Source of the DNA: Fimbriimonadales bacterium
GTDB lineage: Bacteria > Armatimonadota > Fimbriimonadia > Fimbriimonadales > ATM1
Reading direction: 5' to 3'
NCBI GenBank assembly: GCA_041744215.1
Contig: JBGTLG010000015.1
Span: 1-64,000 of the forward strand
Length of the DNA: 64,000 nt
Shown here: one piece after another, positions 1 through 8,917 of the stretch
How the letters are laid out: each line of letters opens with the position of its first letter
Numbering within the stretch: position 1 is the first letter of the stretch
The notes under the pieces: model-generated
Seen by the model: the letters and a program-made list of their open reading frames with translations, nothing else
What the model was told of the DNA's origin: nothing
Database searches by the model: none
Made by a program: the position numbers and the translations under genes

Positions 1-2
1 CC

Positions 3-509
3 GCGTTCATAACGACGGCCGTCCTCGATTTCGTACCCGCCTTCGCCGACCCAGTCGTTGCGACCCGAATGAGAGATCTCTTGTTCGAGATCCACAAGCA
101 CTGCAACGCGCATCTCTTCGGCTTCGTCATCATGCCAGAACATCTTCACTTGATCACGCAACTGCCGCGCTGCATGGACGACAGCGAATTCATGCGGCGG
201 ATGAAAGCTTACTCGGCGAAAGCACTGATCCCACTTCTCGATGTGCGCACTCGCGACCGCTTTTCATCGCAGGCCGGGCTGAATCAACGGCAGTTCTGGC
301 AACGCAGCTTTCGCGCGTTCGAAATCGTAAAGAAGGAGGTGTTTCTTCAGAAGTTGAACTACATCCACCAAAACCCGGTCAGGCGCGGGTTGACGGCCGT
401 AGCAGCGCAATACGAATGGTCGAGTGCAAAGATGTATCTGAATGGCGAAGTCGACTCGGATGGAGCTCTCGTCTCACGCGAACGTAGTCTCAACAGGAGG
501 ACCAGTTGA
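3..509 (+). mobile_element. REP-associated tyrosine transposase (RAYT/TnpA-REP, Y1 HUH family), 5' truncated by the window edge
   Basis: Frame is open from base 3 (AFITT...). HUH motif MPEHLH, plus FWQR, NYIHQNPVRRGL and YEWSS, all typical of RAYT. Confidence 0.9.
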
Positions 510-512
510 GAC
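484..512 (+). repeat. REP-like element: GTAG foot plus palindrome
   Basis: GTAG (484-487) followed by the stem GTCTCAAC/GTTGAGAC around a 10-nt loop, overlapping the RAYT 3' end. Confidence 0.55.
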
Positions 513-742
513 ATCTGAAATAAAGACGAAATCACACCCAAACAAGCATCCCCGCGCGACAGCCTTCTTGCCCCAGCCACCCCGGCGAAGCAATTCTTCC
601 TTGTAGCCGAAGTCACACCGATTGAGCAATCTGAGGTAAACCAAGCTGAAGACTGCATGGAGGATGTCGAATGCCAACGAATTCACCCAAGCCACCGAAG
701 AACGACGCTTTTAACGGGCCACGCCCGCCGCTGCGGTTGCCC

Positions 743-1381
743 ATGCAACTGATTCGAAGACTTCACGGCGCGCTTGCGTTGCTTGCGTTCGCGGCGGCAG
801 GGCACACGCAGCAGCCTCCGACCCAGGTCCCTACGTGAACCGGGTGACCTGGCGAGGGTCAACTGCTCGGTACGGGCAGTCTCGATAAGAAATGGGTGGT
901 GGCGTATCGATTTGCGGATGTGCCGCAGCCTCGTGCGCGCTCGCGCTTTACTGCGGATTACAACTTGGACGACCGCCTGCAACTCGGCTTCGAATACAAC
1001 TTTCCTGTCGGTGAATTTGGCTTTCGCGGCACGTATGTTGTTGCGCATGAGACCGAATCGTGCCCGATGATCCATGTGAACACGTCATCGGATCGCATTG
1101 GGACTCCGCGTGGCCATCAGCAAGTTTCGCTGACGGCGGCGAAGGGCATTCCCGGCACGAACATTGCGCCGTATGTTTCGCTGACGTATTCGGGATTCGA
1201 GAAGGGCTTTGTCTTCCCGTTCGGTCTGAACTATCAGATAGATGAGAATTGGAGCGTTCTGGGGATGAACGACGGGCGCAAGTCTCATGTGATGGTGAAC
1301 TACTCTGCGAAGAGTTTCTATGTGCAGGCGGGGCTGATCTGGATTAAGCACCCCGCGGTGACGGTCGGCTGGGGGTTTTGA
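743..1381 (+). CDS. Candidate UxxU selenoprotein A: signal peptide, U-T-G-U-P-G, probable small outer-membrane beta-barrel (212 aa with readthrough)
   Basis: ATG743 is in frame with ORF 896..1381: MQLIRRLHGALALLAFAAAGHT-QQPPTQVPT-(TGA836)-TG-(TGA845)-PGEG...VTVGWGF, ending in Phe. An alternative in-frame ATG at 671 has GGAGG upstream. Confidence 0.75.
853..884 (+). promoter_or_regulatory. SECIS-like hairpin of gene A
   Basis: Lower stem CGAG/CTCG, bulge GGTCA, upper stem ACTGCTCG/CGGGCAGT, loop GTA. The loop is 22 nt after the second TGA and 31 nt after the first. Confidence 0.6.
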
Positions 1382-1408
1382 ATTGGCGGGCGAAGTTTGG
1401 ACGAGGAG

Positions 1409-2035
1409 TTAGCGAAACAGGCTGAGAAGGATGCCCATTGGACGTCCGTCCGCGCCCCAAAGCGATACTGAGCCGAACTCGAACACGTATCCGATGTAGA
1501 GATTCGTATCGTGGCCGGTGTGTTGAAAGCCACCGTACGCCGGACCGACCGCGAGCTTCGCGCCGTTGATGCCATGCAGATGTTTCTCGTTCGGCCGCTT
1601 CACCAGGCCCGTGTAGATTTCTGCGCGCATATCGCCGCCTAACTGGAACGACTTTCCGACGGTTGCAAACGGCGAAACTTGCGTTTCCTATGTCCCCTGG
1701 AACGCGAATCCGACGGTCACGCTTGGGACGGTTTCTGTTTCGGGAACCAGGCGGTAGTTTCCCATGAGGCGGACGGCCTCGCGGCTCCAGATGTAGGCCG
1801 CGCCTACCTGGAGGCGGGGCACTTGGCGGGGCCTATAGAAGAGAAACGACTGCGTGAGGCGGTCGCCCTTGCCTGGTGCGAAGAACGTTGTCAGTATCCA
1901 TTCGGACTCACGGTCCGACAGGCGGCCCGGCTCTGAGCCGACCCCGCCGCCTGGTCACAACGGTCATCCGCCGCCGGTTCCCTGGCCGTATGCCAGGGCG
2001 GGCAACATCGCAAGGAGAAGCCAGAACGCTTTCAT
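1409..2035 (-). CDS. Candidate UxxU selenoprotein B, paralog of A: signal peptide, U-P-L-U-P-G, beta-barrel (208 codons, with one internal TAG)
   Basis: MKAFWLLLAMLPALAYG-QGTGGG-(TGA 1966-1964)-PL-(TGA 1957-1955)-PGGG...NYRLVPETETVPSVTVG...(TAG 1690-1688). It continues in frame into ORF 1409..1630. Confidence 0.7.
1919..1953 (-). promoter_or_regulatory. SECIS-like hairpin of gene B
   Basis: Lower stem CAGGCGGC/GCCGCCTG, bulge GGGG, upper stem TCGGCT/AGCCGG, loop CAG, 19 and 28 nt after the two TGAs. A second hairpin TCGGAC-CGTGA-GTCCGA follows at 1918-1902. Confidence 0.5.
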
Positions 2036-2559
2036 TCCTACTATTATCAGCCATTAACCGTGGTGCAGAGTCAAGTTGGTGTGGATTAGTTTGTCAGGTA
2101 GGAGCCGAAATGCGTCGTCTTCAAGGCTTTGGGTTTGAATGCGCCGAGTGTGGTTACGCAGCTTCGTTTGCAGCCGCTCCGCCTCGCCGGCTCACCCGCG
2201 TATCCGTCGCAGTCTTAGACGCAGGGGTTTGTTGCTCTCAATGAAGAGACTGTTGTTGTTTGACCGGGTTTTTGTTCGGCTAGGTATCGGTGTGTGAAAG
2301 AGGCGCCGGGGTAGGGGAGGGTGGGGTTTGTGGATGTGCGATGAGATCCGCGAACTGGGCATCGACAGGGTACCGGCCTGCCTCGCTATGCGGCGTGGGG
2401 AACAGAGATGTGCGAAGTCTCGGAAGTAGTTCTCGTCGTATCTCGAACGTGATACACCACAAGAGCGACTGGAAAGCAGTCGGAAAGGATGTGAGCTGGG
2501 ATGACGGTTACGCTTTTGCTGAGGCGATCTGCGCAGCAGTACTCGGATAGTTCTAAACT

Positions 2560-3054
2560 ATGCGCATGGCACGTTCACAACGGGAAAAGTGTTTTTGCCA
2601 ACTTGCAGGGGAGTATTACGTCGCCGCTGAACTAAATCGTCGCGGAATCATGGCGGCCCTCACTTATGGAGCAGCAAAGAGTGCTGATATCATTGCGACA
2701 AACGACCAGAACGGCAAGGCTTGCATTGTGGAAGTTAAGACGGCGCAGGCTCCCAATAAAAGCTGGAGGGTCGTTCCGGATATTGGTGAGAGGCCAAACA
2801 CAGAGCATATGTTTTGGGTGTTGGTATTACTCCCTCTACAGCAGAGCGAGATGCCTCGTTTCTTTGTATTCTCGGAGGCTGGCCTTGCGCCGCTGTACAG
2901 AACTCCAACACAAGAGTATTTGGCAAGATACGAAGCTAAGCACGGCAAGCCATACAGCGGGGCAGGGTATCCCCAAGTTCAATCGAAGCATGTGCCTCCT
3001 GCAGCAGAGGGTCGCTGGCATATCATTACGGATTATCTTGAGATTCGCCGATAG
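2560..3054 (+). CDS. Stand-alone PD-(D/E)XK restriction-endonuclease-like protein
   Basis: GEYYVAAEL...ADII...VEVKT matches the E...D...ExK pattern. Confidence 0.7.
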   Translation: MRMARSQREKCFCQLAGEYYVAAELNRRGIMAALTYGAAKSADIIATNDQNGKACIVEVKTAQAPNKSWRVVPDIGERPNTEHMFWVLVLLPLQQSEMPRFFVFSEAGLAPLYRTPTQEYLARYEAKHGKPYSGAGYPQVQSKHVPPAAEGRWHIITDYLEIRR

Positions 3055-3088
3055 CGGCCAGCTGTGACAACGTTCGCGCCGTTGCGAG

Positions 3089-3967
3089 ATGGCGTAAGGT
3101 AGTTCTATAGAGCGCGTCAAGCAGTTTGCGAGGGCCTTCGGAGTCGAATGGGAGCGGGACAATGTCCCGCGCCTTGCGGCGGCGCTCGCGTACTTTGCTC
3201 TCTTTTCCATCGCCCCGCTGCTGCTGCTTGGCGTCACTGTGCTCACGTTCGTTTATGGGGAAGGGACCGCCCGCCAGCAGTTTATGGAGGTGGTCGGGAA
3301 CTATGTTGGCCAGGCGACCGCCGCCGCCATTGAGGAAATCCTCACCGAAGCTTGGGAGGCCGGTGCAAGTGGGCTCGCGACCTGGGTGGGCCTCGGCGTC
3401 CTGTTGTTTGCCGCGAGCACCGTTTTCCATCAGGTTTATGAAGCTCTCAACACCATCTTCCGCTCGCCGCTGTTCCAGCGGCGCGGCATCCTCAATTTCA
3501 TCATCGGCCGCTCGATCGGAATGCTGTTCGTCATCGGCGCGGCTCTGCTCATCATGGCAACGCTCGCCGTGGGCGCGGCGCTTGCAGCGATGACACAGCT
3601 CGGCGAGGGGGTTGTTCCTCGGGGGCTCGGCCTGTATCGGCTGCTCGACCTCGCTGCGACCGCCGCGATTGTTTGGATGGTGTTTGCTGCGTCGTACCGC
3701 TTGGTGCCGACAGTGAGGCCTGCTGCGTTCGGGGTTTGGATCGGCGCCGCGGTCGCGGCGGTGCTGTTCACTTTGTTTAAGCAGCTCTTCGCCTTCTATC
3801 TGGGCGTGACTAATCCAGGCAACGTGTATGGGGCGGCAGGCTCCGTCGTTGTTCTTCTGCTGTGGGTGTACATTGTCGCGATGATCTTTCTGGTCGGCGC
3901 GGTGCTTGCGAAGGTCATCAATCGCCAGAGACGAGGTGAGGACGACGGGCGGAAAGATGCTCGGTGA
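3089..3967 (+). CDS. YihY/BrkB family inner membrane protein (in-frame TAA at codon 3)
   Basis: DNVPRLAAALAYFALFSIAPLL and YGAAGSVVVLLLWVY motifs. The frame reads ATG3089-GCG-TAA3095 and is then open, so the ORF track start at 3239 truncates it. Confidence 0.85.
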
Positions 3968-4055
3968 TTGGGCTGGTTGATGAGGCCCAGGCAACTTTTG
4001 ACCAGCTAAATTGCGTATAGTTGCGCCAGCTATACCTTGGAGAGGACATTGCAGC

Positions 4056-6644
4056 ATGGCTAACTCTTGTTTGATCGGGCGCGTTCTCGCGTCGGCGCTT
4101 TTTTTCTTGGCTATTGGAGTCGGCGCTGATGCGCAGCCGACGGATTCGGACATCGTCAACGCCGTCCGTTTTAGGTGCATCGGCCCGGGCACTATGAGCG
4201 GGCGCATCGCGGACGTCGACGTTGACCCGCGCGACACTTCGGTCATTTACGTCGCGACCGCGTCTGGCGGGGTTTGGAAGAGCACGAGCGGAGGGACGGA
4301 GTGGACGCCGATTTTTGACAGCCAGCCCATTCAGTCGATCGGCGACGTCGAGGTTTCGCGCGCCGACAGCAACATCGTGTGGGTCGGCGGGGGCGAGCAC
4401 AGCAACCGGAACAGCGTTGCTTGGGGCGACGGCATGTACAAGTCGACGGACGCCGGCGCGACCTGGACGAACGTCGGTCTGAAGGAGACCCAGCAGATTG
4501 CGCGCATCATCACGCACCCTACGAACAAGGACATCGTTTGGGTCGCTGCGATCGGCGCGCTCTGGAATGCGAGTCCGGATCGTGGCGTGTACAAGACGAC
4601 CGACGGAGGTCGCTCGTGGACCAAGGTGCTGTACGCCGACGAGAACACCGGGTGCTCCGACCTCATCATCGACCCGCGGAACCCGAATGTTCTGTATGCT
4701 GGGATGTATGAGCGGCGCAGGTGGCCATGGACGTTCTCGAGCGGGGGCCCGAACGGCGGCATCTTCAAGACAACCGATGGTGGGAAGACGTGGTCGAAGC
4801 TCGGCGGCGGGCTACCGACTGGAGTGACAGGAAAGATCGGTTTGACGATCTTCTTGAAGAACCCTAATATCGTCTACGCGATTGTCGAGGCCGAAGGGCG
4901 CGGAACACCCGCTGACAAGAACGGCGTGTATCGCACCGACGACGCTGGGCGCACCTGGACCCGGCAGGGAACACACGGGACGCGGCCGTTCTACTACCAC
5001 GAGATCATGGTGGACACCGGGAACCCAGACCTAATCTACTCGCTATCGACGCAGATGCAAAGGTCGACCGACGCGGGGAAGACCTGGCGCGCTATGCCGA
5101 ATCGGATTCACGTCGATTACCACGCGCTGTGGATCAACCCTAATGATCCGAAGCACATGTGGGTAGGCAACGACGGCGGGATGGCTGTGACCTACGACCA
5201 GGGCACGACTTGGCGGCACTGCGGGAACATTATCGCCGCGCAGTTCTACGCGATCGGCGTGGATATGGCCGCGCCGTACTGGGTGTATGGCGGCCTCCAA
5301 GACAATGGCACGTGGGGCGGCCCTTCGATATCTCGCAACCGGCGGGGAATAGGGAACTTCGAGTGGTTGAGCATCAGCGGCGGCGACGGATTTCACGCGC
5401 AAGCGGACTGGCTCGACAATGAGACGATCTATTCAGAGAGCCAGGGCGGCGCGATTCAGCGCGTCAACAAGCGCACCGGCGAGCGACGGTCGATCCGGCC
5501 ACCGCAGGAACAGCCCAGGGTTCGATACAACTGGTCATCTCCGATTGTGATGAGCCCGCACAACCCTCGGATCATTTGGTTCGCGGGGAACAAGCTGTTC
5601 AAGAGCGTGGATCGCGGCGACACGTGGACTCCTGTGAGCCCCGATCTCACTACCAACAACGCCGCGAAACTGCGCCCCATGGGCGGGCTAACGCCAGAGA
5701 ACACGGGCGCAGAACTCCATTGCACGATCATCACCATCAGCGAGTCACCCATGAAGCCGGACGTTGTCTGGGTTGGAACCGACGATGGACTTGTTCATTA
5801 CACGCTGAATGGCGGGGTCGACTGGACGAATGTGACGCACAACATCCCAGATTTGCCAGCGAACACCTGGTGTAGCCGCGTAACCGCGAGCAAGTACAAA
5901 CTCGACCGTGTGTACGCGACCTTTGACGGTCATCGGACCGGCGATTACAAGCCTTACATTTACATGTCGGACGACATGGGAAAGACGTGGCGAAGTATCG
6001 TTTCGAACATGCCCGAAGGTTCCGTGTATGTGATCAAGGAAGACCTCGTCCGCGAGGATCTTCTGTACGTAGGCACGGAGTTTGGGACGTTTGTGTCCCT
6101 CAACCAGGGGCTGTCATGGATCCCTTGGCGTGCGAACATGCCTGCCGTCGCGGTACACGACATCGTGATTCACCCGCGCGAAAAGGAGATCATCCTCGGA
6201 ACGCACGGCCGTGCCATTTGGATCGCACCTGTGGAGCACCTACAGTCGCTCAACTCGACTGCTCTTGGGCAGGAGTTTGTCCTCGTTGATCCGGTCAGCG
6301 CTTGGGACTGGCTCGCTGATCTTGGAGGGCGCTATGGCGACGGTCAAGGATGGTTCTATGGCGAGAACCCGCCACTAGGTGCGCGGATTCACTACTACCT
6401 GAAGTCGGCTGCCTCTCCTCTTCGCGTTGAGATTCTCGGCGCCGCCGGTGAAGTGGTCGCGACCATCGCGAACCCACCGGCAACCCCAGGGCTGCACACT
6501 GTTTACTGGAACCTCAGAAGAACGGGACCAGGAGGTGGCGGAGGGGCTGCTGCGACCTTGACGGGCAATTTCGCCGTGCGCCTCACCGTTGGAACTGAGT
6601 CGATGACTAAGCCGCTGGTTGTGAACCCCGACCCGCTACGATAA
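4056..6644 (+). CDS. Secreted VPS10/BNR (Asp-box) repeat beta-propeller protein, glycosyl hydrolase-like
   Basis: Signal peptide, IGPGTMSGRI, many S/T-x-D-x-G-x-T-W repeats, GTHGRAIW. Confidence 0.9.
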   Translation: MANSCLIGRVLASALFFLAIGVGADAQPTDSDIVNAVRFRCIGPGTMSGRIADVDVDPRDTSVIYVATASGGVWKSTSGGTEWTPIFDSQPIQSIGDVEVSRADSNIVWVGGGEHSNRNSVAWGDGMYKSTDAGATWTNVGLKETQQIARIITHPTNKDIVWVAAIGALWNASPDRGVYKTTDGGRSWTKVLYADENTGCSDLIIDPRNPNVLYAGMYERRRWPWTFSSGGPNGGIFKTTDGGKTWSKLGGGLPTGVTGKIGLTIFLKNPNIVYAIVEAEGRGTPADKNGVYRTDDAGRTWTRQGTHGTRPFYYHEIMVDTGNPDLIYSLSTQMQRSTDAGKTWRAMPNRIHVDYHALWINPNDPKHMWVGNDGGMAVTYDQGTTWRHCGNIIAAQFYAIGVDMAAPYWVYGGLQDNGTWGGPSISRNRRGIGNFEWLSISGGDGFHAQADWLDNETIYSESQGGAIQRVNKRTGERRSIRPPQEQPRVRYNWSSPIVMSPHNPRIIWFAGNKLFKSVDRGDTWTPVSPDLTTNNAAKLRPMGGLTPENTGAELHCTIITISESPMKPDVVWVGTDDGLVHYTLNGGVDWTNVTHNIPDLPANTWCSRVTASKYKLDRVYATFDGHRTGDYKPYIYMSDDMGKTWRSIVSNMPEGSVYVIKEDLVREDLLYVGTEFGTFVSLNQGLSWIPWRANMPAVAVHDIVIHPREKEIILGTHGRAIWIAPVEHLQSLNSTALGQEFVLVDPVSAWDWLADLGGRYGDGQGWFYGENPPLGARIHYYLKSAASPLRVEILGAAGEVVATIANPPATPGLHTVYWNLRRTGPGGGGGAAATLTGNFAVRLTVGTESMTKPLVVNPDPLR

Positions 6645-6658
6645 TCCACAGACTGAGA

Positions 6659-6708
6659 AAGGGGGAAGGCACCATCAAGCAATCTAGCGCTGGTCGCCCT
6701 CCCCCTTA
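6659..6708. terminator. Imperfect hairpin after the BNR-repeat gene
   Basis: AAGGGGGAAGGCACCA...TGGTCGCCCTCCCCCTT. Confidence 0.4.
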
Positions 6709-6755
6709 GTTATCGAGCGTTTGCTCATCATAATACATATTATCAGCATCGATGG

Positions 6756-7706
6756 TTGACGACTCAGAAGGTACTCTCGGCAGTGCTCATTGCGGCCCTG
6801 CTCTTCGCCATAAGTGTTCCTGTGGACGAGATCGCGTTCATGAAGGGCGGCGAAGTCTGGATCTGCGACCACGACGGGACGTCCGCTGCGCTGTTAGTGG
6901 ACGACGCCGGGTTCGCGAGGCCGCTGACATGGTCGCCAGATGGAAGGTTCCTGATCCACTGGGGCCACGCGAGTGGTAAATGGGATCTGTACAGGCTTGA
7001 GCTGTCTACTCGAAAGTCGCTCAATCTCACGACTAAGCTGACGGGAGGGTCTCGGTCTCCATCTTTCTCACCTGACGGCAATCAAGTGGCCTTTGTGAAC
7101 GACGGCGAAGCTGCCGGGGTGTACGTGACGAGCGTCGATGGGACGGGCCTCAAGCGGGTCAGTCTAGGGGGGTATCGGGACTTCCCTCCCCAATGGTCGT
7201 CCGACGGGGAGCGACTCGTTTACGCCGAGCAACTTGACGGCTCTGCAATGAGGCTGGTTCTCGCAACCATTTCTTCCGGCGAGATCAAGCCTTTCGCTTC
7301 CGGGTATGACGCGGTTCGGTTACGAAGCCGCGAGTGGTTGGTAGTTTCCTCAGTGACGGATGGCGGGGCGATGATGAAGGTCGTCGAGGAGGAATCGGAG
7401 CATGTGTGGGAGTTCCGTGACCACGCGACCCGGCCGGTCTCTCTCGCAAGGTCGCCTTCAGGTAATCAGTTGGCGTTAGGCGACGGTAACGAGGTCGTCA
7501 TCTTCTCATTTCTGCCTCCCGGCGACCCTCTGCGGTTTGACCTGAAAGGCAAGGTCAAGAGTGTGTCTTGGAGTTCTGACGGCCGCAGGATCGCAGCCAG
7601 CGTGGATGGCGAATCGAGTGAAGTGTGGCTGGTGGAGGTGGAGAGCAAAACGGTGAAGCTCATTGCCGAGGGCGAGTGGGCGTCAATCCGGCCGAGGAAG
7701 CCCTAA
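6756..7706 (+). CDS. TolB-like PD40 beta-propeller secreted protein
   Basis: Signal peptide; repeats WSPDG, PSFSPDG, WSSDG. Confidence 0.85.
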   Translation: MTTQKVLSAVLIAALLFAISVPVDEIAFMKGGEVWICDHDGTSAALLVDDAGFARPLTWSPDGRFLIHWGHASGKWDLYRLELSTRKSLNLTTKLTGGSRSPSFSPDGNQVAFVNDGEAAGVYVTSVDGTGLKRVSLGGYRDFPPQWSSDGERLVYAEQLDGSAMRLVLATISSGEIKPFASGYDAVRLRSREWLVVSSVTDGGAMMKVVEEESEHVWEFRDHATRPVSLARSPSGNQLALGDGNEVVIFSFLPPGDPLRFDLKGKVKSVSWSSDGRRIAASVDGESSEVWLVEVESKTVKLIAEGEWASIRPRKP

Positions 7707-7915
7707 CTCGACGACCTTGACACGTCCTTGACGAGCGTGTCCAGCTCGGCGGCCTTCGTTTTGCAGAATTCGACCATATCGTCAATCATCCCATCAACCG
7801 ACTGTGACTTACTCTTCATCCGCTTTACGTAGACAACCGCAGCTGCTCCAACTCCGACCACCGCAGCAGCCAGAGCGAGAAGCATTTTCCAGTTGGTACC
7901 TGTTGATTCCGACAT
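7703..7915 (-). CDS. Small single-TM hypothetical protein
   Basis: N-terminal hydrophobic helix; last gene of the rho cluster. Confidence 0.65.
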   Translation of the reverse strand: MSESTGTNWKMLLALAAAVVGVGAAAVVYVKRMKSKSQSVDGMIDDMVEFCKTKAAELDTLVKDVSRSSS

Positions 7916-7952
7916 TTTTCTTATCTATCGGACGACAGTCGAGGAAACTCCA

Positions 7953-8363
7953 TTACGAGATTTCGTATCTTTTGGGGCCGTCGCCGTCGCCACCCGCGAT
8001 GATACGTTTGATAAATGTGACCAGTTCCATCGGGTTGAACGGCTTGGTGAGGTAGACGTCTGCGCCAAAGTGGTAGCCCTCGAAGACGTCCTTATCCTGT
8101 GCCTTTGCCGTCAGCATGACGACGGGCAGGTTCTGGAACTCGGGATCTCGGCGGAGAGTCTTCAGCACTTCGAACCCATCCATGTAGGGCATCATCACGT
8201 CGAGTACGATGATGTCCGGCTTTTCATCCTGAATCTTCTCCAGTCCTTCTTTGCCGTCGTAGGCGGTCACAACGGTCCAACCTTGGCGCTCAAGGTTGAC
8301 CTGGATCAAGCGAACGATACTGCGTTCATCATCGCAGACAAGAATTTTGACGGATTTAGCCAT
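7953..8363 (-). CDS. Single-domain response regulator receiver
   Basis: ILVCDDE, LDVMMP, MLTAK, YLTKPF. Confidence 0.95.
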   Translation of the reverse strand: MAKSVKILVCDDERSIVRLIQVNLERQGWTVVTAYDGKEGLEKIQDEKPDIIVLDVMMPYMDGFEVLKTLRRDPEFQNLPVVMLTAKAQDKDVFEGYHFGADVYLTKPFNPMELVTFIKRIIAGGDGDGPKRYEIS

Positions 8364-8410
8364 AGCTCCTCCGGGAAAGGGTCGGTGCGAATCCTACCTC
8401 AAAAGCGGCC

Positions 8411-8899
8411 TCATAGCCCATCGTTATAGGACTCGAGAATGGACTCGATGACGTAAATTCTGGCTCCCATGCGTAGCGCCACCGCTATCGCGTCGCTTGG
8501 CCGACAATCAACCTCGAGCTCTTCGTCTTTCGTCTGGATGTAGAGTTTGGCATAGTATGTTGACTGCCACAAGTCATCGATCACCACGCGGTCAAGCGTC
8601 GCGTCGAGCTTTTCGAGGATCGCTTTTATGAGGTCATGGGTCAGCGGCCTTGACACGGAAGCCCCGGTCTGCGCAATATGAATGGCCATGGCTTCGAAGG
8701 GGCCGATGGCTATCGGGAGCTCCCGGCCTGAAGAGTCAAGCAGTCGCACGAACCGGTGGATGGTCCCGCTTTCCTCGTGACTGTAGACGCCCTCGATCTC
8801 AACGTGTATGGGTTCGCCCACCACGTTTCGACCGTTCAGCTCTTTGGCGAAGAAAGGCGGCGGTTCCTCGAAGTCTTCTTGATCGAACTCGTCCGGCAT
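8411..8899 (-). CDS. Bifunctional nuclease domain (DUF151) protein
   Basis: LPIAIGPFEA, RPLTHDL, DCRPSDAIAVALR. Confidence 0.93.
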   Translation of the reverse strand: MPDEFDQEDFEEPPPFFAKELNGRNVVGEPIHVEIEGVYSHEESGTIHRFVRLLDSSGRELPIAIGPFEAMAIHIAQTGASVSRPLTHDLIKAILEKLDATLDRVVIDDLWQSTYYAKLYIQTKDEELEVDCRPSDAIAVALRMGARIYVIESILESYNDGL

Positions 8900-8917
8900 C
8901 GTTTTCTTTAGTTTGAC

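Noticed and set aside
836-1966. Genome-wide UGA reassignment (Trp/Gly) as the explanation for the TGA pairs
   Set aside because: TGA ends many clear genes here (e.g. 1381, 3967, 27131), and no other long gene contains internal TGA.
1679-2244. Plus-strand ORFs 1679..1936, 1854..2057 and 1876..2244
   Set aside because: Antisense to gene B, which explains the region better.
3026-4246. 406-aa minus-strand ORF
   Set aside because: Antisense shadow of yihY and the BNR gene; no recognisable motifs.
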